DNA of 63,981 nucleotides, filler included, from Sanchytrium tribonematis (Eukaryota), in NCBI GenBank assembly GCA_018985235.1. It is 5 parts of 5 records of this genome, joined end to end, with 100 filler letters (N's around TTAATTAATTAA, not from the genome) between each part and the next. Parts side by side here need not be neighbours in the genome. Positions count along the whole stretch, not along the records: positions 53,254 to 63,981 come from JADGIG010000284.1; 4 more parts are not named here. One strand, written 5' to 3'. Below, in pieces: positions 54,938 to 63,981 of the stretch (positions are counted from its first letter, which is position 1; every line of letters starts with the position of its first letter). Under the pieces are notes generated by a model. That model worked only from the letters and a program-made list of their open reading frames with translations, searched no databases and had not been told where the DNA came from. A program made the position numbers and the translations under genes.

Positions 54938-56578
54938 TCACATCAAATGATCTCGCTCATTCGATCCAAAATCAAAGAGGCTTTTGTAGTATTTCCTGAA
55001 TGTTGAAGCAGCTGCTAATGTGCCACTGGCTACACTCCCAGCAAGAGTGCCATTTTCTAAACAATCACTTGCAAAATGCAACGAATCAACAACACCGTTT
55101 TTCAAAATTTTGACAGCATCTGGGTCTGATCGAAATGAGCCACCTGCTACAAAGCGATTATTTCCGAAATTCGAACTGATGACATCCTCCGCTCTGATGT
55201 TTAAAAATGAGACCTTGTCTTTGATGCTTTGATATTTACCTTTGCAAGACATATTCAAATATTGCTTTGCTCCCGAACCTACCGAAAAACTTGTTAAAAC
55301 ACTGCAATCGTCTTTAATATGTCGAAAAAAATAATGCAGTCCTCTGTCAGAGCTCAGAATTTGATCAGACTCTCTAGGAAGTACATAAAAATATCCAGAT
55401 GTCTTCAACTTTTGACAAATTAAATTCGCACTTTCAATATGAGTTTTGTAGATTCTATCAACTACGTTTTGAATTTCCATAGAATCTGAAACGAGATTTG
55501 ACCAAATATGTGGTGGAGTAGTAATAATTGCTCCGTTAACTCTGATTTGCTCCTCGTCGGATGTCGTCAAGACAACATTGACATTGCTATTTCCTCCACT
55601 TACAGGGCTAGCAGAAACAGAAGTTATTTCACATTCATTATATGCGTATATTCCACACTCTCCGGCCTTGAGATTGAGGTCATCCAAAGAAGAAGAGTCG
55701 TTGTTAAATTTCAAAAGATCATCTGATTCAGGTTGAATGATTAAGTGGTCGAATTTTACAACAATATCACTCGCATTTTCACCGATGTAATATTTTTTAA
55801 AAGTCTCTTCCGAAACTTCCACAGGTAAATGACAAGGGTAAATAATATCAAAACTACCATATCGATATTCTAGTTCAGCAATAAATAGGTTTACAATTTG
55901 AATTTCTAACGTGCTTGGAGCATCAAAAATATTATCAAATTGAGTATTAAATTCAGTAGCAACGGTGCTGCTGCTGCTTCTATCAATGGCATTTATCACT
56001 TCTAGAAAAGGATCCAATACGCTCCTAAGAATTTCTTTCTCGATGATTTGGCCAAAAGTATTGTATACCACTGAGTCATAAACAGGCCTAACAGGAACAA
56101 CTTTCCATTTTAATTGATCACAAAGACGTTGAATTCTATGATCAATGTCAAAAAGAAACTGACATCCATATTCAGGCTTAAATCCACTTGCAATATCAGC
56201 TCTAAAAGGGATTTTGTGCCCTCTTACTCTTCCACCCATTGCAGAGTCAGCTTCACAAACGACAATGTATGGATCTGGCAGAGAATAGCTGCGACACAAA
56301 TTTCTAAGTTGAATGCTAGATATGATTCCAGAAATACCACCTCCAATGACAGCAAACACAGGGCTGTTGGGATCTGACACTTGTCTTTGATCGTTAAATC
56401 CAAAATTGATTTCTCCATTTGCAACTAATTTTAAAAACGCCAAGTTACAATGATATTCATCAGAAGCATCTTTCTTTGCTTCATCAATAGTTAAGAAACT
56501 CGAAGAACCCAATTTTTGCAATCGATGTTCTTCTAGTGCGTAAACTGAAGAATCTTTGACAAATTCCAAGATCTCCAT
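54938..56578 (-). CDS. LSD1/KDM1-like flavin amine oxidase with SWIRM remnant, degenerate
   Basis: GEINFG (SWIRM end), VIGGGISG, EA...GGRV, RGLHYFF and LHFAS..TLAG...SG. Confidence 0.7.
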   Translation of the reverse strand: MEILEFVKDSSVYALEEHRLQKLGSSSFLTIDEAKKDASDEYHCNLAFLKLVANGEINFGFNDQRQVSDPNSPVFAVIGGGISGIISSIQLRNLCRSYSLPDPYIVVCEADSAMGGRVRGHKIPFRADIASGFKPEYGCQFLFDIDHRIQRLCDQLKWKVVPVRPVYDSVVYNTFGQIIEKEILRSVLDPFLEVINAIDRSSSSTVATEFNTQFDNIFDAPSTLEIQIVNLFIAELEYRYGSFDIIYPCHLPVEVSEETFKKYYIGENASDIVVKFDHLIIQPESDDLLKFNNDSSSLDDLNLKAGECGIYAYNECEITSVSASPVSGGNSNVNVVLTTSDEEQIRVNGAIITTPPHIWSNLVSDSMEIQNVVDRIYKTHIESANLICQKLKTSGYFYVLPRESDQILSSDRGLHYFFRHIKDDCSVLTSFSVGSGAKQYLNMSCKGKYQSIKDKVSFLNIRAEDVISSNFGNNRFVAGGSFRSDPDAVKILKNGVVDSLHFASDCLENGTLAGSVASGTLAAASTFRKYYKSLFDFGSNERDHLM

Positions 56579-56677
56579 GTTTAAAATTTTATATGAAAGA
56601 AGTCATGCGAAATATTAAAACATACAATTAAGGGTTGATACAGCCGATGATACGTAAATCAAGAATAGTTTTATAGT

Positions 56678-57325
56678 TTATTTGCCCGGTATTTTCTCTA
56701 GCATTCCCATCCAATGAATCATGGGCCAAGAATTAAACGTGAATTCGTCCAATAATGGATTTAAAACAAATGATTTGACATTATTAAGCTTAAATCCCTT
56801 AACATTAATATCTTCTGGACATACAAACAGTTCTGAATTATGCGTTCCTTTATCTATTTTGCCAAGAACATCTTCTGCCATTGTAATTGTAACAAAGTGA
56901 GACAAAATAGTCTTATTTATGGTGGATATGTAGACTTTATCATTAGATAAATCACACAGCTGTCTCACAAAGCTTTTCTGGTCAACGACATGCTCTACTA
57001 CCTCAGAGGCTATAACTAAATCAAATTTTTCTTTCAAGTCAAACAAGTTTCCTTTCTGGATATTCCAATTATTAATTTTTTGCTGGAGACGAATTTCTTT
57101 CATAACATCAAGATTTGAGGTTTCCAGATCAATTGAAGTGACTTGTGCACCCATTTTCAGTAAAGGAATGGATAAGATCCCACCACCTGCGCCACAATCC
57201 AAAACCTTTTTACCTTTTATAGGTAAATGGTTTACGATATAGGGTATCCTTAATTTGTTGAGTTTATGAAGATATTTGAATGGTCCGTTTGGATTTAACC
57301 ATTCTTGTGTTGATCTTGCAAACAT
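56678..57325 (-). CDS. COQ3: Ubiquinone biosynthesis O-methyltransferase Coq3/UbiG
   Basis: EW.NPNGPF..LHKLN..R, VLDCGAGGGIL, SEVVEHV, STINKT and AE.VL...GTH. Confidence 0.88.
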   Translation of the reverse strand: MFARSTQEWLNPNGPFKYLHKLNKLRIPYIVNHLPIKGKKVLDCGAGGGILSIPLLKMGAQVTSIDLETSNLDVMKEIRLQQKINNWNIQKGNLFDLKEKFDLVIASEVVEHVVDQKSFVRQLCDLSNDKVYISTINKTILSHFVTITMAEDVLGKIDKGTHNSELFVCPEDINVKGFKLNNVKSFVLNPLLDEFTFNSWPMIHWMGMLEKIPGK

Positions 57326-57344
57326 AAAAACCCCTTGCGAAAAA

Positions 57345-59203
57345 TTACAATAGTCCAAATCCTTCAGCATTTAATATAGCTGTCCTCAATTTCTCTTTTA
57401 ATTTCAGCCTGCTAGAGTATTCATTCAACAAAAGAACATTAAAGCAGGTGTGCGCTGTTGGCACTCGATCGGTATCTGCTCCATTCCTTGATATTACAAA
57501 ATTCATCTTCGTAAATCCGCCACTCGGAACTCGGTCACTACTTGTAATAAAGTATAGTAATTTCTTTTGATCATTCAAACTAAATTCATGCACAATTTCC
57601 CAAAACCATCTGATGACCTCTGAGTCTTTTGAAAATCCATTTTCATACTGAGTGATTAATTCAAGCTCAATGATATTTAGTTCAGGCATGCCGCAAATTA
57701 ACTCTTCTAATTCTTTCGCTCTAAATAGGCACAAAGCAGTGTCTTTTGTAATTAAATTAAATCCTTCAAAGAAGCTAGAAAATAATCTAGCACAACTTCG
57801 ATTTAAATAGTAGTCTACATACAAATCAACATAAACTAATTAAATTTAAAAATACGTTTCTTATTTTCATTACTTACCATTATATTTCTTCCATTTAAAC
57901 ACAATTCTGCAGAATGAACATGCCCGACTGAAGGTATTTCAATCTCGAATGTCAAATCTAAAAGTGCTACGTTATCCATTGTTAATAACGATTTTAAACT
58001 GGTCGATAATTGTGGATCCAAATCTTTAAGGTCTTCTAGATTCAATGGCTCATTCAAAAGCTTCTTATAGAGGGCAAGCGGAAAGCTAATATCTAGAAAT
58101 ATCCCATTGTAAATAGCAATACCGATTAGCTCTCCTACTAGTCTATAGTCTTTTAAATATTCATCGTCTACTGAGCAGTCCAATGCGAACCACCACAAGC
58201 GAGTGTCCTGGTAATATCGAAACAAGCCATTATCCTCCATAAATAATTTCTGAACAATTAGCCTAAAAAATTCTTTTTGTGGCCCTCCCTCATCGATTGC
58301 ATCCTCATTTACGAATGATACTTTGAGCTGTTTTTTCAAATCTGATGGATGCTTGGTTTCTATTTGGTATAAAGCATCTCGGACCAGGAAATCTCTACGA
58401 ACTTCCAAGACAAAATATGGAGAATTCATACCACTAAACATGGCACGAAAGAACGCATCTTGAAGTTCATGTCTCATTTGAACCCTAGACTCAGTCCGCA
58501 AAACTTCTGCTTTCGTGGCAGGAGTCAAAATAAATGGATAGTTACATAAACTAAATCCATCTCCTAATTTCCATTTAGGAAAATGATATCTTATGTCAAT
58601 GTTCTCGCTAATAGTATTGTTGTAAAACAAACTTATTCCAATTAAATTATATTTACAATTTATATCGTACAAAATGCACATGACATGTAGCACTTCTTCA
58701 ATAGGCTCAAATTGGCTTTCATTTAAAGCCCAAGTTGTCAGAAAATGATGGATTGCAGTCAAAATGGTGTTAAAGTCGTCAATCAGACCTGGCCTTGGCA
58801 GTTTTGAAAGTACAATATTTGTATCTAGTTTTCCATTAAATTTCAACTCTTGGAACGAATACTCCCAATAATGAGAGTGCTGGGGTATACAAATGTGGTT
58901 GGGATAGGTATCAATAAATTGTGGTTCGTCAAACGTAAGTTCCGGCATTTGCAAATAATTTCCGTAGGATGACGGTACCTCCTCTTCTACTAGACCTTTG
59001 ACAAGCCACCTGATTGCATACAAAGGCAGTGTACTGATTAATTGGCAAGTTAGAAGTATAATATTTTGATTATTTTCATCCAGCGTTTTAGGATCCAGAA
59101 AAGGTAGCCACAATAATTTCATATTGGACAATGATTGACCTTTTTTGAATGTATCCAACAATTTATAGTGGGCATTCAAAGAATCAGAGCCCATCAAATT
59201 CAT
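57345..59203 (-). CDS. HECT E3 ubiquitin ligase (Hul4/HECTD2-like); 20-nt intron at 57836-57855
   Basis: FSLCNYPFIL, LEVRRDFLV.D, F.NEDAIDEGG..KEFF and PTAHTCFN (catalytic Cys); splicing restores NKKLYVDLYVDY. Confidence 0.92.
57836..57855 (-). other. 20-nt spliceosomal intron GTATTTTTAAATTTAATTAG
   Basis: Joins the two HECT ORFs in frame. Confidence 0.92.
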
Positions 59204-59276
59204 GACACAAAGGAGTGCAATTATTTGGCAAAAAGAGATTTACTTCGAAATTTCGTACATTCAAACATAAAAATGG

Positions 59277-60584
59277 CTAAAATTCAAAAGCTTCAAACTG
59301 CATCTCATCAAAAGAGTCGTCATCATCATACTCAAAACTGTCAGAAAATTGATATTCTTGGTCGACAACATCAGGATCCCAATTGTAAGACTCAGACATG
59401 TCTTCTTCATCTTCCAAGTCAATCCTGTTGTCAAACATATAAGCCAGCTCTTCCAAATCATCAGATTCATAGACCCATCGACTATTTTTAGTCCAACCCG
59501 CTTCTTCAAACGGGAAACTTGCCAAAAAATTTCTGACAAATGGTATGGACAAAATTTGGGTAGTATTATAACAATTCTCAATAGGTTTAGCATAGACATG
59601 AAAATCTCCAACTTTTTTATAAGTATACCGATTAAACGGAGGAGCCTTTTTATTGCAGATTGTGAGTTCCTCTTCAAAAGTAATACAACAAGGATAATTG
59701 ACCTTATTCGCAAAGTTCAAGCATAAATCAGCATTTTGTCCAATTTCGGTGTATATAGTTTCAAATAGAAAGCAGACGCTGTCATAAGAATTTGTTGATT
59801 GTGGGATTGTAATTAAATGCTCTTGGTTTATGCATGTAAGCCTTTTGACTGTTTTGGGTATATCGAATGAGCCATAACAGGAGAGCTCAACAACATTAAT
59901 GTTATCTAATTTTATGTGGCCTACAGAATCATAACCTTCCAACGAGAGTCGATATAAATTAGGAAATATCCTTGAAAATTCCGATAAATCTTCTTGGTAT
60001 TGATCCTCGCAAATTAATGTTTTAACATGCCTCAAGGGCTCAATATTCTGATAATCTGAGGTGAATCCATTTAAGCCATATAAACTTGAAATTAACCGCA
60101 ACTCTTTCAAGTTCGGCATTTTATTAATAACCCTTATGGCATCGCAAAGATGACATATTTCCAAAGATTGTAAATTTTGCAGAGCATCTAATTGATCCAA
60201 AACAGTAATAGGTGGCAACTCATGGCACACCAATTCTTTTAAATTTGTCATCAATGATTTGACTTTATGAAATTGCTCTTCCTCTCCATCTGCATCATCA
60301 ATGTTGAGCATTATTGCATTTTTAAAAGCCCCATAATCGATGGAAGCATCGGAAGATTCATCCAAAGCAGATAATTCCAAATCTATTTCTTCCACAAAGG
60401 ATGGATAATCAAATATTTTGGAATTCCTAAAACAAACATCTTTTTGTCGTGGCAATTCGATATAACGATAATGTTCTATCAAATACTCTTCTGTAAGTTG
60501 TCTATTTAATAGAAATTTAGAATCCGGTGTATGTTTTAGTATCATGATGATTAATTCATATGGAAATTGTCTGGAACTGGCCAT
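59277..60584 (-). CDS. F-box/LRR-like protein with acidic C-terminus
   Basis: N-terminal FPYELIIMILKH (F-box-like); NLKEL, NLQSLEI and NLYRLSL repeats. Confidence 0.6.
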   Translation of the reverse strand: MASSRQFPYELIIMILKHTPDSKFLLNRQLTEEYLIEHYRYIELPRQKDVCFRNSKIFDYPSFVEEIDLELSALDESSDASIDYGAFKNAIMLNIDDADGEEEQFHKVKSLMTNLKELVCHELPPITVLDQLDALQNLQSLEICHLCDAIRVINKMPNLKELRLISSLYGLNGFTSDYQNIEPLRHVKTLICEDQYQEDLSEFSRIFPNLYRLSLEGYDSVGHIKLDNINVVELSCYGSFDIPKTVKRLTCINQEHLITIPQSTNSYDSVCFLFETIYTEIGQNADLCLNFANKVNYPCCITFEEELTICNKKAPPFNRYTYKKVGDFHVYAKPIENCYNTTQILSIPFVRNFLASFPFEEAGWTKNSRWVYESDDLEELAYMFDNRIDLEDEEDMSESYNWDPDVVDQEYQFSDSFEYDDDDSFDEMQFEAFEF

Positions 60585-60622
60585 CTTAAAAGGGGGATTT
60601 CAAAATTTGTGGAATTTTTAAA

Positions 60623-61785
60623 ATGTCATTCAAGTATATGAAACTCTCCTTTGAATTGGAAGACAAATTGCATGAAATTCAAGTTGAAGCAAATGATGTT
60701 TTATATGTCAGTTTATTGAAGGAAAATTGGGATAATTATAGCGTCTATTATAAACGTAGCAAACTTGATCTTTATACTCCCATACGATTATTAAATCTTG
60801 TAAATCATGCAACTTTATCGTTGATTCCTATAAAACACGAAAATATACAAGTAAGTGTGACTTATGCCAATGAGATGTACAAGCAGTCTGTTAGTACGTT
60901 GACCACGTTTGGAGAAATATCGAAATTAGTCACAAATGATTCGGTTGAAATAAGAATACAAAATACTATTGTCAACTTAAAGTCACCTTGTCAATTGTCG
61001 AATTTCACAAAAATCGTATTGAGCGGTAACACAAGCCAACCATCATATGTACATTCTAAAAAGAATGATGTTAAGCCTGAAATACAGAAAGCAGAGACAA
61101 CTTCGGTCAATTCTCCCATTTTCAAGTCGCCCTCTTTGACTGCGGATGATAATTTAGAATCGTCTGATATTGATAGGCACCTAACAATTTACAAGCCTAC
61201 AAATTCTCAACAAAGAATTGAAATGAGTGACGATTTTTTTACATTGACTGGTACTGAACTTAAATATTTGGTACATCAACAATTAAATTATACCAAAAGT
61301 CTTGATCCACCACTTCGGACACAAGCAATGAGAGATAAAGAATATCAACAAAAGCTAGAGAAATCTCCCAGGGTATTTTTATTTTAATGTAGACTAAACT
61401 ACGCTTTATGATGCCCGACCAATACGTTATCGAGTCACATTTTTGGTCTACTGAAAAAATGTCTGTTGTATATAATCATCTAGAATCTTTATTATGTAAC
61501 ACTAAATTTGAATTAATTGCCATACCAAGAACTCATTTGGCAAGAGCTGAAAAGAGACATTTATTTGATTTGAATCTTAGTCCGGCTAGTTTATTACATG
61601 TCAAATTCGAAGAAAAAGTCTCAACTATTGATATTTTAAGACCAGAATTTAAAAAATTTATTGGCGGTTCTATAAGTACGAGCCAACCTTCTCTCGGATC
61701 CAAAGATTCGAAAGAATCTAATAGTTCAAAACCGGATTTGTTGAAAAAAGTGCCTAAATGGTTAAAATTTGGGAATAATAAATAA
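60623..61785 (+). CDS. UBX-domain protein TUG/ASPL/Ubx4-like; 20-nt intron at 61373-61392
   Basis: LDLYTPIRLLNL (TUG-UBL1), DDFFTLT..EL, LRTQAMR; splicing gives PRTKLRFMMPD; ends KKVPKWLK. Confidence 0.82.
61373..61392 (+). other. 20-nt spliceosomal intron GTATTTTTATTTTAATGTAG
   Basis: Contains the in-frame TAA; removal fuses the two ORFs at the start of the UBX domain. Confidence 0.9.
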
Positions 61786-61932
61786 CTGCACAAAAGTTTA
61801 TAAAAAGTGCGGTGTAAATTTTGACCATTTGCACACGAACCATGACAATCATCATTCAAATTTTGGAAAATTCAATCCAAAAATATTTGATTTGTTGCGA
61901 AAATCCAATGTACAAGTCAAACTTAGGAGAGT

Positions 61933-63135
61933 ATGCATTCTAAAATCCATGAGTTAGTTTTTCATGAAAAGCAGGCACCGATTTACGCAATAGCATGCAC
62001 GAAAGAGTATCTAATAACTGGAGGTGCGGATTTGAAAATCATGGTATGGACGCACAAATTTGAGTACGTCACTACACTTACTCGCCACCAAACTCCAATT
62101 ATGTTGATAAAGTACCTCAATGAAACTCAATTTATGAGTGCTAGTGATGATGGACACTGCATCATTTGGCAAAAATCAGATGATCCTGAACAATTATTTG
62201 TACCTTGTCATTCTTTTATGAAGTCGCAAACAATTGCAGATATCGCTGTCTACCATCCATATATTATAATAGCTACTATAAGTACTATCTACATCCACCA
62301 ATACCAAGAACTTATTCACAGAATGGATTTTACAGGCAAATTGATCCAAGGTGTTTGTTTTGATCCTTTAGAACAAATCATTACTATCCAATTTAGCGAT
62401 GGAGGTATCAGACACCTCATACCTACAAATAAAAAGTACAATGAAATCAGAGTAAGCAAGTTATGTGTAGGTGATTTTAATAGAATGATTTTTCGAAAAT
62501 GCGAATGGCTTCCTGACGCAAGTGGCTGTTTATGCGTAGCTGGATTCACCAGTATATTTACAAGCGAGACAGAAAAGCACAAAATGAATAGCACACTGCT
62601 ATTCTCTCGAGCCTACTTGGATGACCCGATTTGTACCTACGCAACACCACTGAAACAAGTGACATGTGTTGTAATCTATCCCATACCGTTGAAACTAAAA
62701 TCTCAGAAAAATAGTGTATTAGGAACACCATACAGATATGTATTTGCTGCCTTGAGTACAGATGGTTTACAACTTTGGGACACTGAGCATATGAAGCCAA
62801 TTATGACTGCTAAAGGATTTCATTATGCGCATTTGACTGATGCTATTTTTATTCCAAGCCAGCTTCATCAATGGCCTGGAAATGAAAGTATGCAAAATGA
62901 AATTAGACTTTTGATCACTAGTGCTGATGGATTTATTAGCGAGATTACATTTGAAAATACTGAATTTGGGGAAGTTTACGAAATCGACCAAGAGGATGAG
63001 TGGTTGGAAATGCCGGAAAAGGCATGGGCCAAAGAAATGTTTAATAATGAAGGGTTTAAATCAGCCAAAACGGAGAAATTAGTAATGCAAATCAAGAGAA
63101 AGAATGAACACGGGGACCTACAGGTAGTTCAATAA
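61933..63135 (+). CDS. CAC2: Chromatin assembly factor 1 p60 subunit (Cac2/CHAF1B)
   Basis: H....IYAI, LTRH, FRKCEW.PD and PYRYVFAA..LWDT..HYA.LTD. Confidence 0.82.
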   Translation: MHSKIHELVFHEKQAPIYAIACTKEYLITGGADLKIMVWTHKFEYVTTLTRHQTPIMLIKYLNETQFMSASDDGHCIIWQKSDDPEQLFVPCHSFMKSQTIADIAVYHPYIIIATISTIYIHQYQELIHRMDFTGKLIQGVCFDPLEQIITIQFSDGGIRHLIPTNKKYNEIRVSKLCVGDFNRMIFRKCEWLPDASGCLCVAGFTSIFTSETEKHKMNSTLLFSRAYLDDPICTYATPLKQVTCVVIYPIPLKLKSQKNSVLGTPYRYVFAALSTDGLQLWDTEHMKPIMTAKGFHYAHLTDAIFIPSQLHQWPGNESMQNEIRLLITSADGFISEITFENTEFGEVYEIDQEDEWLEMPEKAWAKEMFNNEGFKSAKTEKLVMQIKRKNEHGDLQVVQ

Positions 63136-63151
63136 GTAAATACCAAATTTA

Positions 63152-63739
63152 TTACGGATTTGGCAACAATTTGATTAAAATTGTGCATCTTTGAGGAAAT
63201 CCTTCAATTGGGACATTATGAGCAGTAACTCTAGCGGGAAACCGTGCTTGATCACAAAACGATTCAATTATACCAGCGACGAGCGCACCACTACTAAATG
63301 AACTCATTTCTTTGGGGGGTGAAATAAATTTAGAAATAACCAAATTGTTATCGCTGATCATATATTCATCAGAATGCTCGCTCGACTTTTCTAAAGCGTC
63401 TGCTTTTTTTTGAAATAAATATTGCCAAAGAGTTCCATGGAGAAACGACAAAAGTGTCAAAATATTGTTGTCTCTTTTAAATTTGTTTACATAAACTAAA
63501 ACTTCATATATTCTTTGACCAATTTGATATCCAATGTCGTGCAATTTGGATTCCAAATCTTGTATTCCCTTCACCCTATCTTGATGGTATCTAATAATTT
63601 CTGAATATAGCAAAACAAACACGCTAAGAGAGACCTGCTTTGGTTTGTCAGTTATTGGGCGACTTAGGAGTCTATGCTCTGGATCTACATTTTCGTCTAT
63701 AATCTTCTTTTTAAATGGCGATAAAGTTCTGGATTGCAT
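63152..63739 (-). CDS. TRS31: TRAPP complex subunit Trs31/TRAPPC5
   Basis: VSLS.F..LYSE, LE.KL..IGY.IG, LW..LF.K.AD.LEKS, FIS.PKE and FPARVTAH. Confidence 0.93.
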   Translation of the reverse strand: MQSRTLSPFKKKIIDENVDPEHRLLSRPITDKPKQVSLSVFVLLYSEIIRYHQDRVKGIQDLESKLHDIGYQIGQRIYEVLVYVNKFKRDNNILTLLSFLHGTLWQYLFQKKADALEKSSEHSDEYMISDNNLVISKFISPPKEMSSFSSGALVAGIIESFCDQARFPARVTAHNVPIEGFPQRCTILIKLLPNP

Positions 63740-63981
63740 AGTTCAGTTTTGTTTCAAAAAGTTGCAAATACATTTTATTAAATAAGCTGTACATCCAGAT
63801 GATTGAGTAAAACTGTCATTTGGCTTGTATTTGATGCATTCTGACGATCAAATATCGACCTTGATAATTATAGCCATTCATTTCCATTGCCTCAGGACAT
63901 TCCTTAAGTTCGGATACTAGTGCGGAATTTGATTGGTTAAACCCGCTCTAATCATTATATAAACAATGACGTTTGAATAAT

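Noticed and set aside
57326..57370. COQ3 N-terminal extension overlapping the HECT gene end
   Set aside because: Homology begins at MFARS (57325) and the extension does not look like a targeting peptide; the start remains unresolved.
740..61392. Split ORFs as pseudogenes, programmed frameshifts or an alternative genetic code
   Set aside because: Every break is resolved by a GT-AG segment with a shared consensus, and conserved genes end normally in TAA, TAG and TGA.
740..61392. Absence of 3n (18/21-nt) introns as evidence of NMD-driven selection
   Set aside because: Ascertainment bias: I only detect introns that break ORFs, so stop-free 3n introns would be invisible without RNA data.
63740..63981. 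Partial gene at the window end
   Set aside because: No frame or consensus tiny intron gave a recognisable product.

Overview
Eukaryotic, AT-rich and extremely gene-dense DNA, most consistent with an early-diverging flagellated (zoosporic) fungus or close relative. The taxonomy is inferred from OCH1/MNN-type mannosyltransferases, an EGCrP-type glucosylceramidase and an NME8-like flagellar protein. The window is five unrelated contigs joined by an artificial 100-nt linker (N44-TTAATTAATTAA-N44), so linkage across the linkers is meaningless. Four contigs carry housekeeping genes (UFD2, PRP22, PDK, REV3, SMC6, TLG2, MsrA, MPC2, SmD3, RRB1, DBP9, COQ3, HECT E3, CAC2, TRS31 and others) and a dispersed 5S rRNA gene. 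Main observations: (1) seven 19-20-nt GT-AG spliceosomal introns, each restoring a conserved protein motif and each with an invariant T at -8, A at -6 and terminal TAG, suggesting a fused branch point/3' splice site and a miniaturised splicing system; (2) an unannotated minus-strand box C/D snoRNA cluster (about 19.3-19.66 kb) with a recognisable U14 inside a 100-nt intron that uses textbook GTAAGT...CTAACGTAG signals with the same -6 branch A; (3) in a transposon-littered contig, a head-to-head pair of a tandem pseudo-GTPase/GTPase (AIG1/GIMAP/septin-like) protein and a short Mx-like dynamin sharing a 112-bp palindrome-rich promoter, a candidate cell-autonomous defence module.
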